A stretch of DNA of 64,000 nucleotides from Muribaculaceae bacterium (lineage in GTDB: Bacteria > Bacteroidota > Bacteroidia > Bacteroidales > Muribaculaceae), in assembly GCA_022510505.1 (NCBI GenBank), contig JAFLTL010000003.1, positions 55,789-119,788 on the forward strand, written 5' to 3'. The notes beneath the pieces were generated by a model, which worked only from the letters and a program-made list of their open reading frames with translations, made no database searches and had not been told where the DNA came from. Positions 18,684-28,820 of this stretch are shown here, piece by piece; the stretch's first letter is position 1, and the number at the start of each line of letters is the position of its first letter. Both the position numbers and the translations under genes were made by a program.

Positions 18684-21107
18684 CTAGTTTAGTGTGATTT
18701 CAGCACTTTGAAGAAGAGGTGATGTGAATTTTACTATCACGGGGTTTTCATCATTTTTCATGACATAGGCCAAGAGACGGCCCTGATAGGCTCGCTGTTT
18801 GTTATCCGTGAAATCTCCGGTATCATAATTGTCGCTATTTTCCAAACCGAGCAACTGTGCATTACCGTCAATTAGACAAGTAATATTGTTGTCGGCGAGT
18901 TTGACCGGTGTATTGTTTTCATCAACTATCTCTACAATGATGTGCTTAACCCCAATTGTCCCGTCATCCTGGAATCTATCGTCGGTAAATGCTCTGAGGG
19001 CATAGGGACGACCGCTTGATTGCACGGTGTGTTGTGACTGAACATTCCCTTTCTGGTCGAGTCCTTCTCCCACGAGAGTGCCCTCAGCAAAAGGAATGTC
19101 CCAATAAATGATGCCTGTGTTGTCGTCATAGGGTTTTGTTTCTCCGACCTGCTTGCCGTTAAGCAACAGTCGAGCATAAGGGGAATTGGTATAGCAAACA
19201 ACACGAATTATTTCTCCTTCGTTGTAGTTCCACACATCATTTGCATCTATAGAAAGCCAAGGTGTGTCTGGTGTTTCTTTGTTGGAAGCAGGACGGTTGG
19301 TCAATTCGAATTCGGGAACATTGTAGGTTCCAATGTAAGTGAAGGGTTCATCTTTCCACAAAGAAGCTCTAAACTGGCCACGAGGTTTTGTGAAACTTCC
19401 GAAATCGAGCAGTCCGGTATAAAACCCACGGCCGGGCCATCCGCGTGATTCTCCCAAATAGTCGGTTCCGGTCCAAATGAATTGTCCGGCAATAAAATCA
19501 CGGTCACGAGCAGCTTTCCATGCATCAAATGAAGCATCGGTTTCGCTACCATAAATAACTCGGTCCTTATATTGGGCATGGTCGAGATCATAGCGGTTCT
19601 CGGTGTAGTTATATCCGACAATATCGACCGCATCGGGATAGGCTGTTTCGTTTGACATGACAACACCGGCCAGAGCTCCCGTAACTGGTCGTGAAGTATC
19701 TATGGATCTTACAACCTTGGAGAGTCGTTGAGCTATTTCTCCGATTCTCATAGCGTCAGGTGCATTACTATCGTATCCTCCGAACATAGGTTGATTTATC
19801 TCGGTTCCATCGAGAATGGGGTGGGAGTAAGGATCATTGGGATAGTCTACCTCATTACCGATGCTCCACATAATGATCGATGGGTGAAGTCGGTCGCGAC
19901 GAACCATGTCGGCCACATCAGTTTCTATCCATTCTTCAAAAAAGTCGAATGAACCATCGTAGCTTGGTTCTCCAACGTTCCACCCTTCAATCCATTTCCT
20001 CTTTGGAAATTCCCATTCATCGGAGGCTTCGTCCATTACAAGCAACCCGATTTCATCACACAATTCGTAGACTGCCGGGGACTGGGGATTGTGACTCATT
20101 CTAATTGCATTCACCCCTATTTCCTTCAGGTTGTTCAAGCGTCGTTCCCATACTTCTCTTGGAACTGCCGCTCCCAGGGTTCCGGCATCATGATGAAGAC
20201 AAACGCCTTTAATTTTCATGTTTTCTCCATTGAGATAGAATCCCGAATCAGGAGAGAATTTGACTGTTCGAATTCCAACTTTAGATTTGTTGCTGTCGAC
20301 TATGTTGCCATTGTTGTCAATCATCGAAACAGTCAGCGTGTTGAGCAAAGGATTGTTAACACTCCACACATCGGGGTTCTTAATGTCAAACAGGAATTCG
20401 TTAGATTCCTTGGCTTCGGTGTTCTGTTTTGCAATAATATTGTTCTTGGAATCGGTCAAGGAGATTTCAAGTTGTTGTCCCTTTGGATTAATGATATCTA
20501 CGTTTGCCTTGAGTATTGCACCGGAATCGTTGAGTTCGACGGTTTCGAAGCCCACTCCCCATTGTCCAATGTGAGTATCGTTTGCTGCAATGAGGTATAC
20601 ATCGCGATAGATTCCCGAACCAGTGTACCATCGAGAGTCGGCATAACGGCTGTGATCGACTTTTACAAACAGTTCATTCTTCCCTTCTTTCAGATAGGGG
20701 GTCATGTCATAGAGAAAAGAGATGTAACCGTTGGGGCGTTCTCCGAGTTTATGTCCGTTTAGATAAACCTCACTTCTATTATATACACCTTCGAAATAAA
20801 TAAAATGGAGTGGGAACGAATCGTTGACATCAAAAGTCTTTTTGTAATAACCTATACCACCCGGAAGGAAACCGGTGGCAGCAGCCAAAGTAGGAGATAG
20901 CGGTTCTTCGATTGACCAGTCGTGAGGCAGAGAGACATCACGCCATGGCAATGAAGCGAAAGTGCTGGTAAACACTGAATCATCAGGCATATTCAATGTA
21001 AACTGCCATCCATCGTTAAAGAGTTCAGGTTGGCCGAAGGAGACCTGTGAACTTGAGTTCAGAATTCCTATAAAGGAAAAGAGGATTGAAAAAATTTTAA
21101 TTTTCAT
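18684..21107 (-). CDS. glycoside hydrolase family 2 (beta-galactosidase-like)
   Basis: 807 aa with a signal peptide and an N-terminal sugar-binding region (WRDVSLPHDW). TIM-barrel region with NAIRMSHNP and acid/base WSIGNE. Confidence 0.88.
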   Translation of the reverse strand: MKIKIFSILFSFIGILNSSSQVSFGQPELFNDGWQFTLNMPDDSVFTSTFASLPWRDVSLPHDWSIEEPLSPTLAAATGFLPGGIGYYKKTFDVNDSFPLHFIYFEGVYNRSEVYLNGHKLGERPNGYISFLYDMTPYLKEGKNELFVKVDHSRYADSRWYTGSGIYRDVYLIAANDTHIGQWGVGFETVELNDSGAILKANVDIINPKGQQLEISLTDSKNNIIAKQNTEAKESNEFLFDIKNPDVWSVNNPLLNTLTVSMIDNNGNIVDSNKSKVGIRTVKFSPDSGFYLNGENMKIKGVCLHHDAGTLGAAVPREVWERRLNNLKEIGVNAIRMSHNPQSPAVYELCDEIGLLVMDEASDEWEFPKRKWIEGWNVGEPSYDGSFDFFEEWIETDVADMVRRDRLHPSIIMWSIGNEVDYPNDPYSHPILDGTEINQPMFGGYDSNAPDAMRIGEIAQRLSKVVRSIDTSRPVTGALAGVVMSNETAYPDAVDIVGYNYTENRYDLDHAQYKDRVIYGSETDASFDAWKAARDRDFIAGQFIWTGTDYLGESRGWPGRGFYTGLLDFGSFTKPRGQFRASLWKDEPFTYIGTYNVPEFELTNRPASNKETPDTPWLSIDANDVWNYNEGEIIRVVCYTNSPYARLLLNGKQVGETKPYDDNTGIIYWDIPFAEGTLVGEGLDQKGNVQSQHTVQSSGRPYALRAFTDDRFQDDGTIGVKHIIVEIVDENNTPVKLADNNITCLIDGNAQLLGLENSDNYDTGDFTDNKQRAYQGRLLAYVMKNDENPVIVKFTSPLLQSAEITLN

Positions 21108-21123
21108 TGTGTTTAATAATCAA

Positions 21124-21149
21124 AGTGCCCGGTTGTTGAGCCGGGCACT
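21124..21149 (-). terminator. GC-rich hairpin between xylA and the GH2 gene (terminator/attenuator)
   Basis: AGTGCCCGG / CCGGGCACT forms a 9-bp perfect stem. On the minus strand it is followed by TTGATTATT. Only 16 nt separate it from the GH2 ATG, which leaves no room for a separate promoter. Confidence 0.7.
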
Positions 21150-21179
21150 CGTCAAAACTGTTGTTCCAACAATTGTTTA

Positions 21180-22493
21180 TCAGCAATACATGTTTACTAT
21201 TGCTTCATAGAGTTCCTGTTTTCCGGAGGTCATTTTGGGTTCTCCGTTTGCTTTGGCATATTCCACAAGATCCTCCAAAGTCAGCTTGCCTTCTTCAAAT
21301 TTCTTTCCTTCGCCTGAGTCATAGGAAGCATAACGTTCAGCCAACATCTTCTTATAGGGAGACTTTTCGAGAATCTCAACAGCGGTAAGCAACGCACGTG
21401 CCATGGCGTCCATTCCGGCGATGTGAGCTATGAAAATATCTTCCGGGTCGGTTGAGTTTCGACGAGTTTTAGCATCGAAGTTAGTTCCTCCGGTTCCAAG
21501 TCCACCGTTTCTGACAATTTGCATCATAGCCTGTGTCAGTTCGTAGTGGTCGATTGGGAATTGATCAGTATCCCATCCATTCTGATAATCGCCACGGTTA
21601 GCGTCGATGCTGCCAAGCAGGCCGTTGTCAACAGCAACAGCAAGTTCGTGTTCAAATGTGTGACCTGCTAATGTTGCGTGATTAACCTCGATATTGACTT
21701 TGAAATCTTTGTCAAGTCCATGGGCTTTCAGGAATCCAATGACAGTTTCAGTATCAACGTCATATTGATGTTTCATTGGTTCCATGGGTTTGGGTTCGAT
21801 GAGGAAAGTTCCTTTGAATCCTTTGGCGCGAGCATAGTCGCGAGCCATTTTCAAGATTTGGGCCAGGTGTTCCTTTTCTCTCTTTTGATCGGTGTTCAAA
21901 AGGCTCATATAACCTTCTCTACCTCCCCAGAACACATAGTTTTCACCTCCAAGTTCGATAGTGGCATCAATGGCATTCTTTAGCTGAACAGCCGCACGAG
22001 CGACAACATCAAAATCGGGATTGGTAGCGGCACCGTTCATATAACGTTTGTTGCTGAACACGTTGGCAGTTCCCCAAAGGTTCTTAATTCCGGTTGCAGC
22101 CATCTTTTCTTTGATGTAGGCAACTACTTCCTTAAGATTTTTCTCATATTCTTCAATGGAGTTACCTTCGTCGACCAGATCAACGTCATGGAAACAGAAA
22201 TATTCTATTCCTAATTTCTGCATGATTTCAAATCCGGCATCTGCCTTATCTTTTGCAGCCTGAACAGGGTCAGCTGCACAATTCCAAGGAAATGTTTTAG
22301 TTCCGCCGCCAAACTGGTCTCCACCTTCTGCGCAGAGAGTGTGCCACCATGCCATTGAGAACTTGAACCAGTCTTTCATTTTCTTGCCGAGAACGACTTT
22401 CTCTGCATCATAATAACGATAAGCGAGGGGGTTGTAGCTTTGAGTTCCCTCGAACTGAATCTTTCCTATACCGGGGAAATATTCTTTTGCCAT
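21180..22493 (-). CDS. xylA: xylose isomerase
   Basis: 437 aa. N-terminus [34 protein letters not shown] and LIEPKP are typical class II XylA motifs. Confidence 0.97.
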   Translation of the reverse strand: MAKEYFPGIGKIQFEGTQSYNPLAYRYYDAEKVVLGKKMKDWFKFSMAWWHTLCAEGGDQFGGGTKTFPWNCAADPVQAAKDKADAGFEIMQKLGIEYFCFHDVDLVDEGNSIEEYEKNLKEVVAYIKEKMAATGIKNLWGTANVFSNKRYMNGAATNPDFDVVARAAVQLKNAIDATIELGGENYVFWGGREGYMSLLNTDQKREKEHLAQILKMARDYARAKGFKGTFLIEPKPMEPMKHQYDVDTETVIGFLKAHGLDKDFKVNIEVNHATLAGHTFEHELAVAVDNGLLGSIDANRGDYQNGWDTDQFPIDHYELTQAMMQIVRNGGLGTGGTNFDAKTRRNSTDPEDIFIAHIAGMDAMARALLTAVEILEKSPYKKMLAERYASYDSGEGKKFEEGKLTLEDLVEYAKANGEPKMTSGKQELYEAIVNMYC

Positions 22494-22519
22494 CTTGGTT
22501 ATAGTTTGTTGATTAATTA

Positions 22520-24010
22520 TTAATTATTTGCGTTGTAAGTTTCCAATGTTTTCTTCCATCTTTCGAAAGCATCGAGATAGGGAGTTCTGTCTTTGGCCGG
22601 ATGAATTTCATCAATCTTTTCCAAACTTGAGAAAGCTTCCTCGTTGTTTTTGTAGATTCCTGCCCCTATTCCGGCAGCCTTTGCAGCTCCCGCAGCTCCA
22701 TCAGTGTCAAGGAGGAGAATGTCGGCACCGCTGACTGATGCGAGTGTGTCTCTAAACACAGGGCTAAGGAACATATTGGCATGACCGGCATGAATTTTCC
22801 TGACCGGTAGTCCCATTTTCTCCATGATTTCTATACCATACATAAAGGAAAAAACTATTCCTTCCTGAGCGGCTCTAAGAATGTGTGGCAAACGATGAAG
22901 GTTGAAATTGATGCCATGGATTGAACATCCGGTTTGTCGGTTCTCAAGCACTCTTTCAGCTCCATTGCCAAAAGGAAGAATTGTTAATCCGTCGCTTCCA
23001 ATAGGAACTGTAGCGGCAAGGTCGTTCATTGCCGAATAGCTGGTTCCATCGGGAACTATGTTATGTTTGAGCCATGAATTGAGTATGCCTGTTCCGTTGA
23101 TACATGTCATAACGCCAATGCGCGGGTTTTCTTTGGTGTGATTGACGTGGGCAAAATTGTTGACACGTGAAGCGGAGTCGTAGGCTATTTTGTCATTGAT
23201 ACCGTAGACAACTCCTGATGTTCCGGCAGTCGATGCTATTTCACCAGGATTGAAAACATTAAGCGATACAGCATTGTTTGGTTGGTCCCCTGCACGATAG
23301 GTTATAGGGGTATGCGGTGCTAAACCAAGTTCTTCGGCGACTTCGGGTAGCAACTTTCCCTGGAGCGAGAAGGTTGGAACAACATCGGGGAGGAAAGAGT
23401 TGTCGAAACCGAAATAATCCATTAGGAACGATGCCGCTTCATGAGCTTTAAAATCCCAAAGTATATAGTTCGAGAGTCCTTCGGGAGTCGTCAATATCTC
23501 GCCGGTCATCTTCATGGCAATATAATCGGCCGGAAGCATGACCTTGTGAATCTTAGAAAAAATCTCGGGCTCGTTCTCTTTGACCCAAGCTAGCTTAGCT
23601 GCAGTGAAATTTCCCGGAGAGTTCAATAGGTGAGACAAACATTTCTCTGCCCCAAGTTCATTAAATGCTTTTTCTCCATAAGGAACAGCTCGGCTGTCGC
23701 ACCAGATAATAGCATCTCTCAGTAGCTTATGATTGCGGTCGACAAGGACAAGCCCATGCATTTGAAAGGAAAACCCAATTGCTTTGATCTCATCCTTTGG
23801 AACGTTTGAATCCCGGAGGACTTTTGAAGTAGCGCTTTTGAGATATTCCCACCATGACTCGGGGTTTTGTTCGGCCCATCCTTCTTTCAATGCTTTGATG
23901 GGAGCTTCCTTCTTCGGAAAGAAATCACTGGCAACAGTCTTGCCGGTCGAAGCATCCACAATGGCAGCCTTTACTGAAGAGGTTCCTATGTCGTAACCTA
24001 AAAGATACAT
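22520..24010 (-). CDS. xylB: xylulokinase (FGGY family)
   Basis: 496 aa. N-terminus [19 protein letters not shown] ... [11 protein letters not shown]. Lies adjacent to xylA. Confidence 0.92.
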   Translation of the reverse strand: MYLLGYDIGTSSVKAAIVDASTGKTVASDFFPKKEAPIKALKEGWAEQNPESWWEYLKSATSKVLRDSNVPKDEIKAIGFSFQMHGLVLVDRNHKLLRDAIIWCDSRAVPYGEKAFNELGAEKCLSHLLNSPGNFTAAKLAWVKENEPEIFSKIHKVMLPADYIAMKMTGEILTTPEGLSNYILWDFKAHEAASFLMDYFGFDNSFLPDVVPTFSLQGKLLPEVAEELGLAPHTPITYRAGDQPNNAVSLNVFNPGEIASTAGTSGVVYGINDKIAYDSASRVNNFAHVNHTKENPRIGVMTCINGTGILNSWLKHNIVPDGTSYSAMNDLAATVPIGSDGLTILPFGNGAERVLENRQTGCSIHGINFNLHRLPHILRAAQEGIVFSFMYGIEIMEKMGLPVRKIHAGHANMFLSPVFRDTLASVSGADILLLDTDGAAGAAKAAGIGAGIYKNNEEAFSSLEKIDEIHPAKDRTPYLDAFERWKKTLETYNANN

Positions 24011-24071
24011 TTACCGGATTATTAGATTTGGCTAAAATATTTCAACTCTTGTTGAGTCATATCATTATTTG

Positions 24072-24079
24072 CAAATGTA
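24072..24079 (-). promoter_or_regulatory. candidate -7 box (TACATTTG) for the xylB-led transcription unit
   Basis: Plus-strand CAAATGTA is minus-strand TACATTTG, an exact TAnnTTTG match about 60 nt upstream of the xylB ATG. Confidence 0.4.
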
Positions 24080-24178
24080 GAAAAAAATATAACTGCAAGC
24101 AAATTGTTTAGCCGAATCGTAATGGAAGTTTTCAAGCGGAAACTTTAAAAGTTTAAAGAAAAATTGGACCATAATTTA

Positions 24179-24186
24179 TACTTTTG
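24179..24186 (+). promoter_or_regulatory. candidate -7 box (TACTTTTG) for the tricorn-like protease gene
   Basis: Exact TAnnTTTG match 29 nt upstream of the ATG at 24215. Confidence 0.45.
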
Positions 24187-24214
24187 CATAAATAGAATGC
24201 TTTTTAAGAAAATT

Positions 24215-27200
24215 ATGAAAAAATTCTTATTATCGGTCGTTCTCACGACTCTATCCTTGGGGACTTTTGCCTCTAAAATTGACAACCCGCTGTGGTTGCG
24301 GAACTCAGCCCTGTCACCCGACGGGTCTACAATAGCTTTCACTTATAAAGGTGATATCTATACTGTCCCAGTTAAAGGTGGTGATGCCACGCGATTGACA
24401 TCAGGGTCCTACAACACTCACCCTGTTTGGAGTCCCGATGGACGCTCGATAGTTTTTGCCAGTGACCGCGAGGGCTCTCTCGATTTGTTCCTTATGGATT
24501 CAAAAGGTGGTACGCCGATAAGACTGACAACCCATTCGGGAAATGAAATGCCAAGAGCATTTCTCAATGACACGACGGTTATATTTTCGTCACGGATGAG
24601 CCCTTCACCCGAATCGGCCAACGGCACATATCTGGGTGTCACCTATACTGTTTCTACAACTCCCGGTTCTCGTCCACAGCTTTTCATGTCTCTCCCTGTT
24701 GGGGATGTCAGTGTTAACGGGAATGAGATTCTCTATCAAGACAAGAAAGGATATGAGGACGACTTGCGTAAGCACGAGCGTTCAAGCGGCACTTCCGATA
24801 TCTGGTTGTTGACGCTAGGTCAAAACGGTAAGGCCCGTGACGGACAATTCCGTCAGTTGACATCCTTTAACGGTCATGATCTTTATCCGAAGTGGAACGG
24901 TTCTTCAAAATCGAGTTTCTATTATGTTAGCGAGGAAGACGGAACGCTGAATATATACAGTGCCGATATCAATGGATCAAATAAGAAACAGCTGACATCG
25001 TTTACAACCCACCCGGTTCGTTCGCTAACGGTATCGGCCGACGGTTCCTTGCTAGCCTTTAACCGTGACGGACAACTTTATACAATGCATCCGGGCCAGC
25101 AACCGACTATCGTTCCGGTTTCGATAACTGCCGATTTATATACTCCTTCGGTTGAAAAAAGTGTTGAAACAAGCGGTGCGACCTATGTGTCAGTGTCTCC
25201 CGACGGAGAACAAGTTGCATTTGTGCTTCACGGCGACGTGTATGTGACGTCAAAGGATTATTCGACAACCAAACAAATAACAAACACCCCCGAACAAGAA
25301 AGAATTGTTGATTTCTCGCCTGACGGCCGTACCCTCGTCTACGACAGTGAACGTGACGGTCTGTGGCAACTTTTTACAGCGACAATCAAGAATCCCGATG
25401 AGGAAACTTTCACTTATGCGACCGAAATAATTGAAGAACCTCTCTACAGTTCAGCTTCACCAGCCTTCCAACCGGCTTTTTCTCCCGATGGTAAAAAAGT
25501 TGGCTTCCTGGAAGGAAGAACCGAACTGAAGGTAATCGATTTGAATACAAAGGCTGTAAACACAGCGCTTGACGGTAAATACAATTATTCCTACAGTGAT
25601 GGTGACGTGTCGTTTGAATGGAGTCCCGATAGTCGTTGGTTCTTGACTTCCTATATAGGACACGGAGGATGGAACAATACTGATGTTGCACTTGTTGCAG
25701 CTGATGGTTCTCAGGTTGTCGATTTGACTAACAGCGGCTATTCCGATGGTAATCCCCATTGGGCAATGAATGGAAAAGCCATGATTTGGGAAACCGACAA
25801 ACAAGGCTATCGCAGTCATGGCAGTTGGGGCGCGGAATCAGATATCTACATCATGTTCTTCGACGGAGAGGCCTACGACCGTTTCCGCATGACCGAGGAA
25901 GAGGCCAAAAAGGATGACAAGCAAAAGGAAAAAGCCAAGGAAAATGAAGAATCTAAAGCTGATAAGAAGAATTCCAAAAAGTCGAAAGATACAAAAAAGG
26001 ATGAATCAGAAGATGTTGAGATTCTGAACTTTGACTTAGAGAACGCACCTTACCGGGTAATGAGGCTGACCAACAGTTCTTCGCGACTTGGTGATTTCTA
26101 CATGGACAAGAAGGGAGAAAACCTTTATTACGGTTCTGATGGTGATCTTTGGCTTAAGAAAATACGCAAGAAGGATAACAAAGTTATAGCAAAAGGAATG
26201 GGTCGCGGTAGTCTGATCCCGGTTAAGGACGACAATGAGTTGTTCACAGTGGGTTTCGGAGGTAACATTTCGGTCATCTCCATCCCCGACGGAGATGTGG
26301 AAAGTGTAGACTATAAAGCGCCTTTTGAATATAAAGCAGCACAGGAAAGAGAATATATCTATGATCATGTTTGGCGTCAGGTCAAGGAGAAATTCTATGA
26401 CGAGAATCTCCACGGAGTAGACTGGGACATGTACCGAGATGAATATGAGAAATTCCTTCCTCATATCAATAACAATTATGATTTTGCCGAGATGTTGAGC
26501 GAGTTCCTAGGTGAATTGAATGCCTCTCACACAGGTGCCCGCTACTATGCTCCCGGTGCATCAATGTCAACAGCCGATCTTGGTGCATTCTTTGATGAAG
26601 ATTGGACAGCCGACGGTTTGAAAGTTAAGGAAGTGATTAAAATGGGTCCGCTCTCCACAAAAGAAGCAAATGTTGTACCCGGAGAAATTATAATGGCAAT
26701 CAACGGTGAGAAAATAGAAGCCGGTAAAGATTATTTCCCAATGCTTGAAGGTAAGGGAAATGAAACCGTAAGGCTGACTGTAAAAGGAATAAATGGTAAG
26801 GAACGTGAAATTTATATTAAGCCCACTTTCTCGACCTCTTCTCAAATGTATCGCCGTTGGGTTGAACACAATCGCCACATTGTTGACAGTGTCTCGGGAG
26901 GAAAAATCGGTTATGTTCACATTCCCGGCATGAACAGTCCAAGTTTCAGAACAGCCTATGAGGAGATTTTGGGTCGTCATCGCAATTGTGATGCGATAAT
27001 TGTCGACACTCGTTTCAACAGCGGAGGCTGGCTGCATAATGACCTTGCTGTATTGCTGTCGGGTAAAGAATATTCCAAATTTACTCCTCGTGGACATTAT
27101 ATCGGGAGCGAACCGTTCAGTCAATGGTATAAGCCCTCGGTTATGTTGGTTAATGAAGCTAATTATTCCGATGGTTATGGTGGTCCTTATGCTTATCAAA

Positions 27201-27457
27201 CCCTCGGGTTGGGAGAAGTTGTCGGATCTCCTATTCCCGGAACCATGACAGCCGTATGGTGGGAAAATCAGGTAGACGACTCTCTGGTGTTCGGAATTCC
27301 TGAAGTCACTAATGCCGACATGAACGGTCAAGCCTTGGAGAACAAGCAACTTAACCCCGATGTTATCATCTACAACAATCCCGGAGAAATAATTAACGGT
27401 TATGATGCCCAGTTAGTAGGTGCGACCCGTCATTTGATGGAAAAAATTGCCAAATAA
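24215..27457 (+). CDS. tricorn-like S41 protease (TolB/WD40-like propellers, PDZ, S41 domain)
   Basis: I chose the start at MKKFLLSVVLTTLSLGTFAS (signal peptide) rather than the track's upstream 24164. PD40-type repeats are present (SPDGSTIAF, SPDGRSIVFAS, SPDGEQVAF, SPDGRTLVY, SPDGKKVGF). The C-terminal S41 region contains VLVNEANYSDG. Confidence 0.88.
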   Translation: MKKFLLSVVLTTLSLGTFASKIDNPLWLRNSALSPDGSTIAFTYKGDIYTVPVKGGDATRLTSGSYNTHPVWSPDGRSIVFASDREGSLDLFLMDSKGGTPIRLTTHSGNEMPRAFLNDTTVIFSSRMSPSPESANGTYLGVTYTVSTTPGSRPQLFMSLPVGDVSVNGNEILYQDKKGYEDDLRKHERSSGTSDIWLLTLGQNGKARDGQFRQLTSFNGHDLYPKWNGSSKSSFYYVSEEDGTLNIYSADINGSNKKQLTSFTTHPVRSLTVSADGSLLAFNRDGQLYTMHPGQQPTIVPVSITADLYTPSVEKSVETSGATYVSVSPDGEQVAFVLHGDVYVTSKDYSTTKQITNTPEQERIVDFSPDGRTLVYDSERDGLWQLFTATIKNPDEETFTYATEIIEEPLYSSASPAFQPAFSPDGKKVGFLEGRTELKVIDLNTKAVNTALDGKYNYSYSDGDVSFEWSPDSRWFLTSYIGHGGWNNTDVALVAADGSQVVDLTNSGYSDGNPHWAMNGKAMIWETDKQGYRSHGSWGAESDIYIMFFDGEAYDRFRMTEEEAKKDDKQKEKAKENEESKADKKNSKKSKDTKKDESEDVEILNFDLENAPYRVMRLTNSSSRLGDFYMDKKGENLYYGSDGDLWLKKIRKKDNKVIAKGMGRGSLIPVKDDNELFTVGFGGNISVISIPDGDVESVDYKAPFEYKAAQEREYIYDHVWRQVKEKFYDENLHGVDWDMYRDEYEKFLPHINNNYDFAEMLSEFLGELNASHTGARYYAPGASMSTADLGAFFDEDWTADGLKVKEVIKMGPLSTKEANVVPGEIIMAINGEKIEAGKDYFPMLEGKGNETVRLTVKGINGKEREIYIKPTFSTSSQMYRRWVEHNRHIVDSVSGGKIGYVHIPGMNSPSFRTAYEEILGRHRNCDAIIVDTRFNSGGWLHNDLAVLLSGKEYSKFTPRGHYIGSEPFSQWYKPSVMLVNEANYSDGYGGPYAYQTLGLGEVVGSPIPGTMTAVWWENQVDDSLVFGIPEVTNADMNGQALENKQLNPDVIIYNNPGEIINGYDAQLVGATRHLMEKIAK

Positions 27458-27481
27458 TAAATAACGATAAGAGTAACCTTT

Positions 27482-28351
27482 ATGGATAAATATCACCACA
27501 CAGTAGCTGATTCGAAAGTTACCACTGATGACATTGCGGTTTCAAAGGCCGTTGAGAAGATAATTGCCGAAAATTATGAAAGTAATCAAAAACCTGAAGT
27601 TTATAAGTTTCTTCTCTCATCCATTGACTTGACTACATTGAATGCGACCGATTCGCCTGTCTCGGTGTCAAAATTTACCGAGAAAGTGAATTCATTTGAT
27701 GAAGAACATCCCGACCTTCCCAATGTTGCTGCAATCTGCGTTTACCCGAACTTTGCTCAGGTTGTCAGGACAGTTCTGGATGTAACTCAAGTTAGAATCG
27801 CTTGTGTTTCGGGTGGTTTTCCATCTTCACAGACATTCTCGGAGGTTAAGATTGCCGAAACGGCTTTGGCGGTCGACGGTGGTGCCGATGAAATTGATAT
27901 TGTCATGAACTTGGGAAATTTCCTTGATGGCGACTGGGAAGAAGTTTGTGATGAAATTGCCGAAATCAAGCATGCTTGTCGTGAAAGTCGGCTTAAGGTT
28001 ATCCTTGAAACCGGAGCTTTGAAAACAGCTCAGAACATCAGAGACGCGTCAGTGTTGGCACTTTACAGCGGGGCCGACTTCCTGAAGACATCTACTGGAA
28101 AAGGATATCCAGGCGCAAGTCTTGAAGCAGCTTATGTAATGTGTGAATGCATTAAGGAATACTATGATAAGACCGGGAATAAAGTTGGCTTTAAAGCGTC
28201 GGGAGGTGTAGCTGATCCTGATGATGCTGTCAAATATTACACTATAGTGAAAAGCGTTCTTGGTAATGAATGGCTGACACCGGAACTTTTCCGCATTGGT
28301 GCAAGTCGTCTGTTTGATTCCTTGGTAGCTAAAGTACTCGACAATGAATGA
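27482..28351 (+). CDS. deoC: deoxyribose-phosphate aldolase
   Basis: 289 aa with Schiff-base Lys region FLKTSTGK and GFKASGGV. Confidence 0.88.
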   Translation: MDKYHHTVADSKVTTDDIAVSKAVEKIIAENYESNQKPEVYKFLLSSIDLTTLNATDSPVSVSKFTEKVNSFDEEHPDLPNVAAICVYPNFAQVVRTVLDVTQVRIACVSGGFPSSQTFSEVKIAETALAVDGGADEIDIVMNLGNFLDGDWEEVCDEIAEIKHACRESRLKVILETGALKTAQNIRDASVLALYSGADFLKTSTGKGYPGASLEAAYVMCECIKEYYDKTGNKVGFKASGGVADPDDAVKYYTIVKSVLGNEWLTPELFRIGASRLFDSLVAKVLDNE

Positions 28352-28820
28352 GGAATATTTCATTGTTGTAAATAATTCCCATGCGGGACCCTATAGTGTA
28401 GAGCAGCTAAAGGAGTTGAATATAACTCCTGAAACCTATGTGTGGCGTAGGGGAATGAAACAGTGGATAAAGGCAAAGGATATTCCTGAACTTTCAGTAG
28501 TTCTGTGGAATCCACCGGCCCCGACTCCGTTGCCTGTGCAGCCAGTCGTGATTTCACAGTCAAATGAGCAATCTTCCCAACTTTCAACAAAAGAGCCGCC
28601 CTCCTATTTGGTTTGGTCGATAATAACCGCCATCGTCTTTTTCCTACCTTTAGGGGTTGTGGCAATGATTTTCTCTGGAATCACTCGCACTCGCTGCCGA
28701 AACGGAGAAATAGAGAAAGCAAGAAGTTCATCGGAACTTGCTGCCTGGTTCGGTATCGGAGCTTTTGTTATGGGGCTCATCTCCTTTCCTTTTCAGATTG
28801 TTATAGCTTTGTTTTGGTGA
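28344..28820 (+). CDS. GYF_2-like N-terminal domain fused to CD225/dispanin-like two-TM domain
   Basis: 158 aa. N-terminus YFIVVNNSHAGPYSVEQLKELNITPETYVWRRGMKQWIKAKDIPEL, then a Pro-rich linker and two hydrophobic helices. The start overlaps the deoC stop (ATGAATGA). The stop overlaps the next GTG (GTGA). Confidence 0.7.
   Translation: MNEEYFIVVNNSHAGPYSVEQLKELNITPETYVWRRGMKQWIKAKDIPELSVVLWNPPAPTPLPVQPVVISQSNEQSSQLSTKEPPSYLVWSIITAIVFFLPLGVVAMIFSGITRTRCRNGEIEKARSSSELAAWFGIGAFVMGLISFPFQIVIALFW

Noticed and set aside
24141-24155. Inverted repeat AAACTTT-a-AAAGTTT between the divergent xylB and protease genes, considered as a xylose-regulator operator.
   Set aside because: It is short and entirely A/T within an AT-rich intergenic region, so chance occurrence is likely. 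No regulator gene is adjacent.
25895-26020. Lys/Glu/Asp-rich low-complexity insert in the tricorn-like protease (EEEAKKDDKQKEKAKENEESKADKKNSKKSKDTKKDESED).
   Set aside because: It is in frame and flanked by conserved domains, consistent with a flexible inter-domain linker rather than an inserted element.
26567-27349. 260-aa minus-strand ORF inside the tricorn-like protease gene. Similar long antisense ORFs lie at 2048-2659, 13426-13995, 20091-20762 and 54283-54978.
   Set aside because: All lie opposite ORFs with clear family motifs. None has a signal peptide, catalytic motif or promoter-like context.
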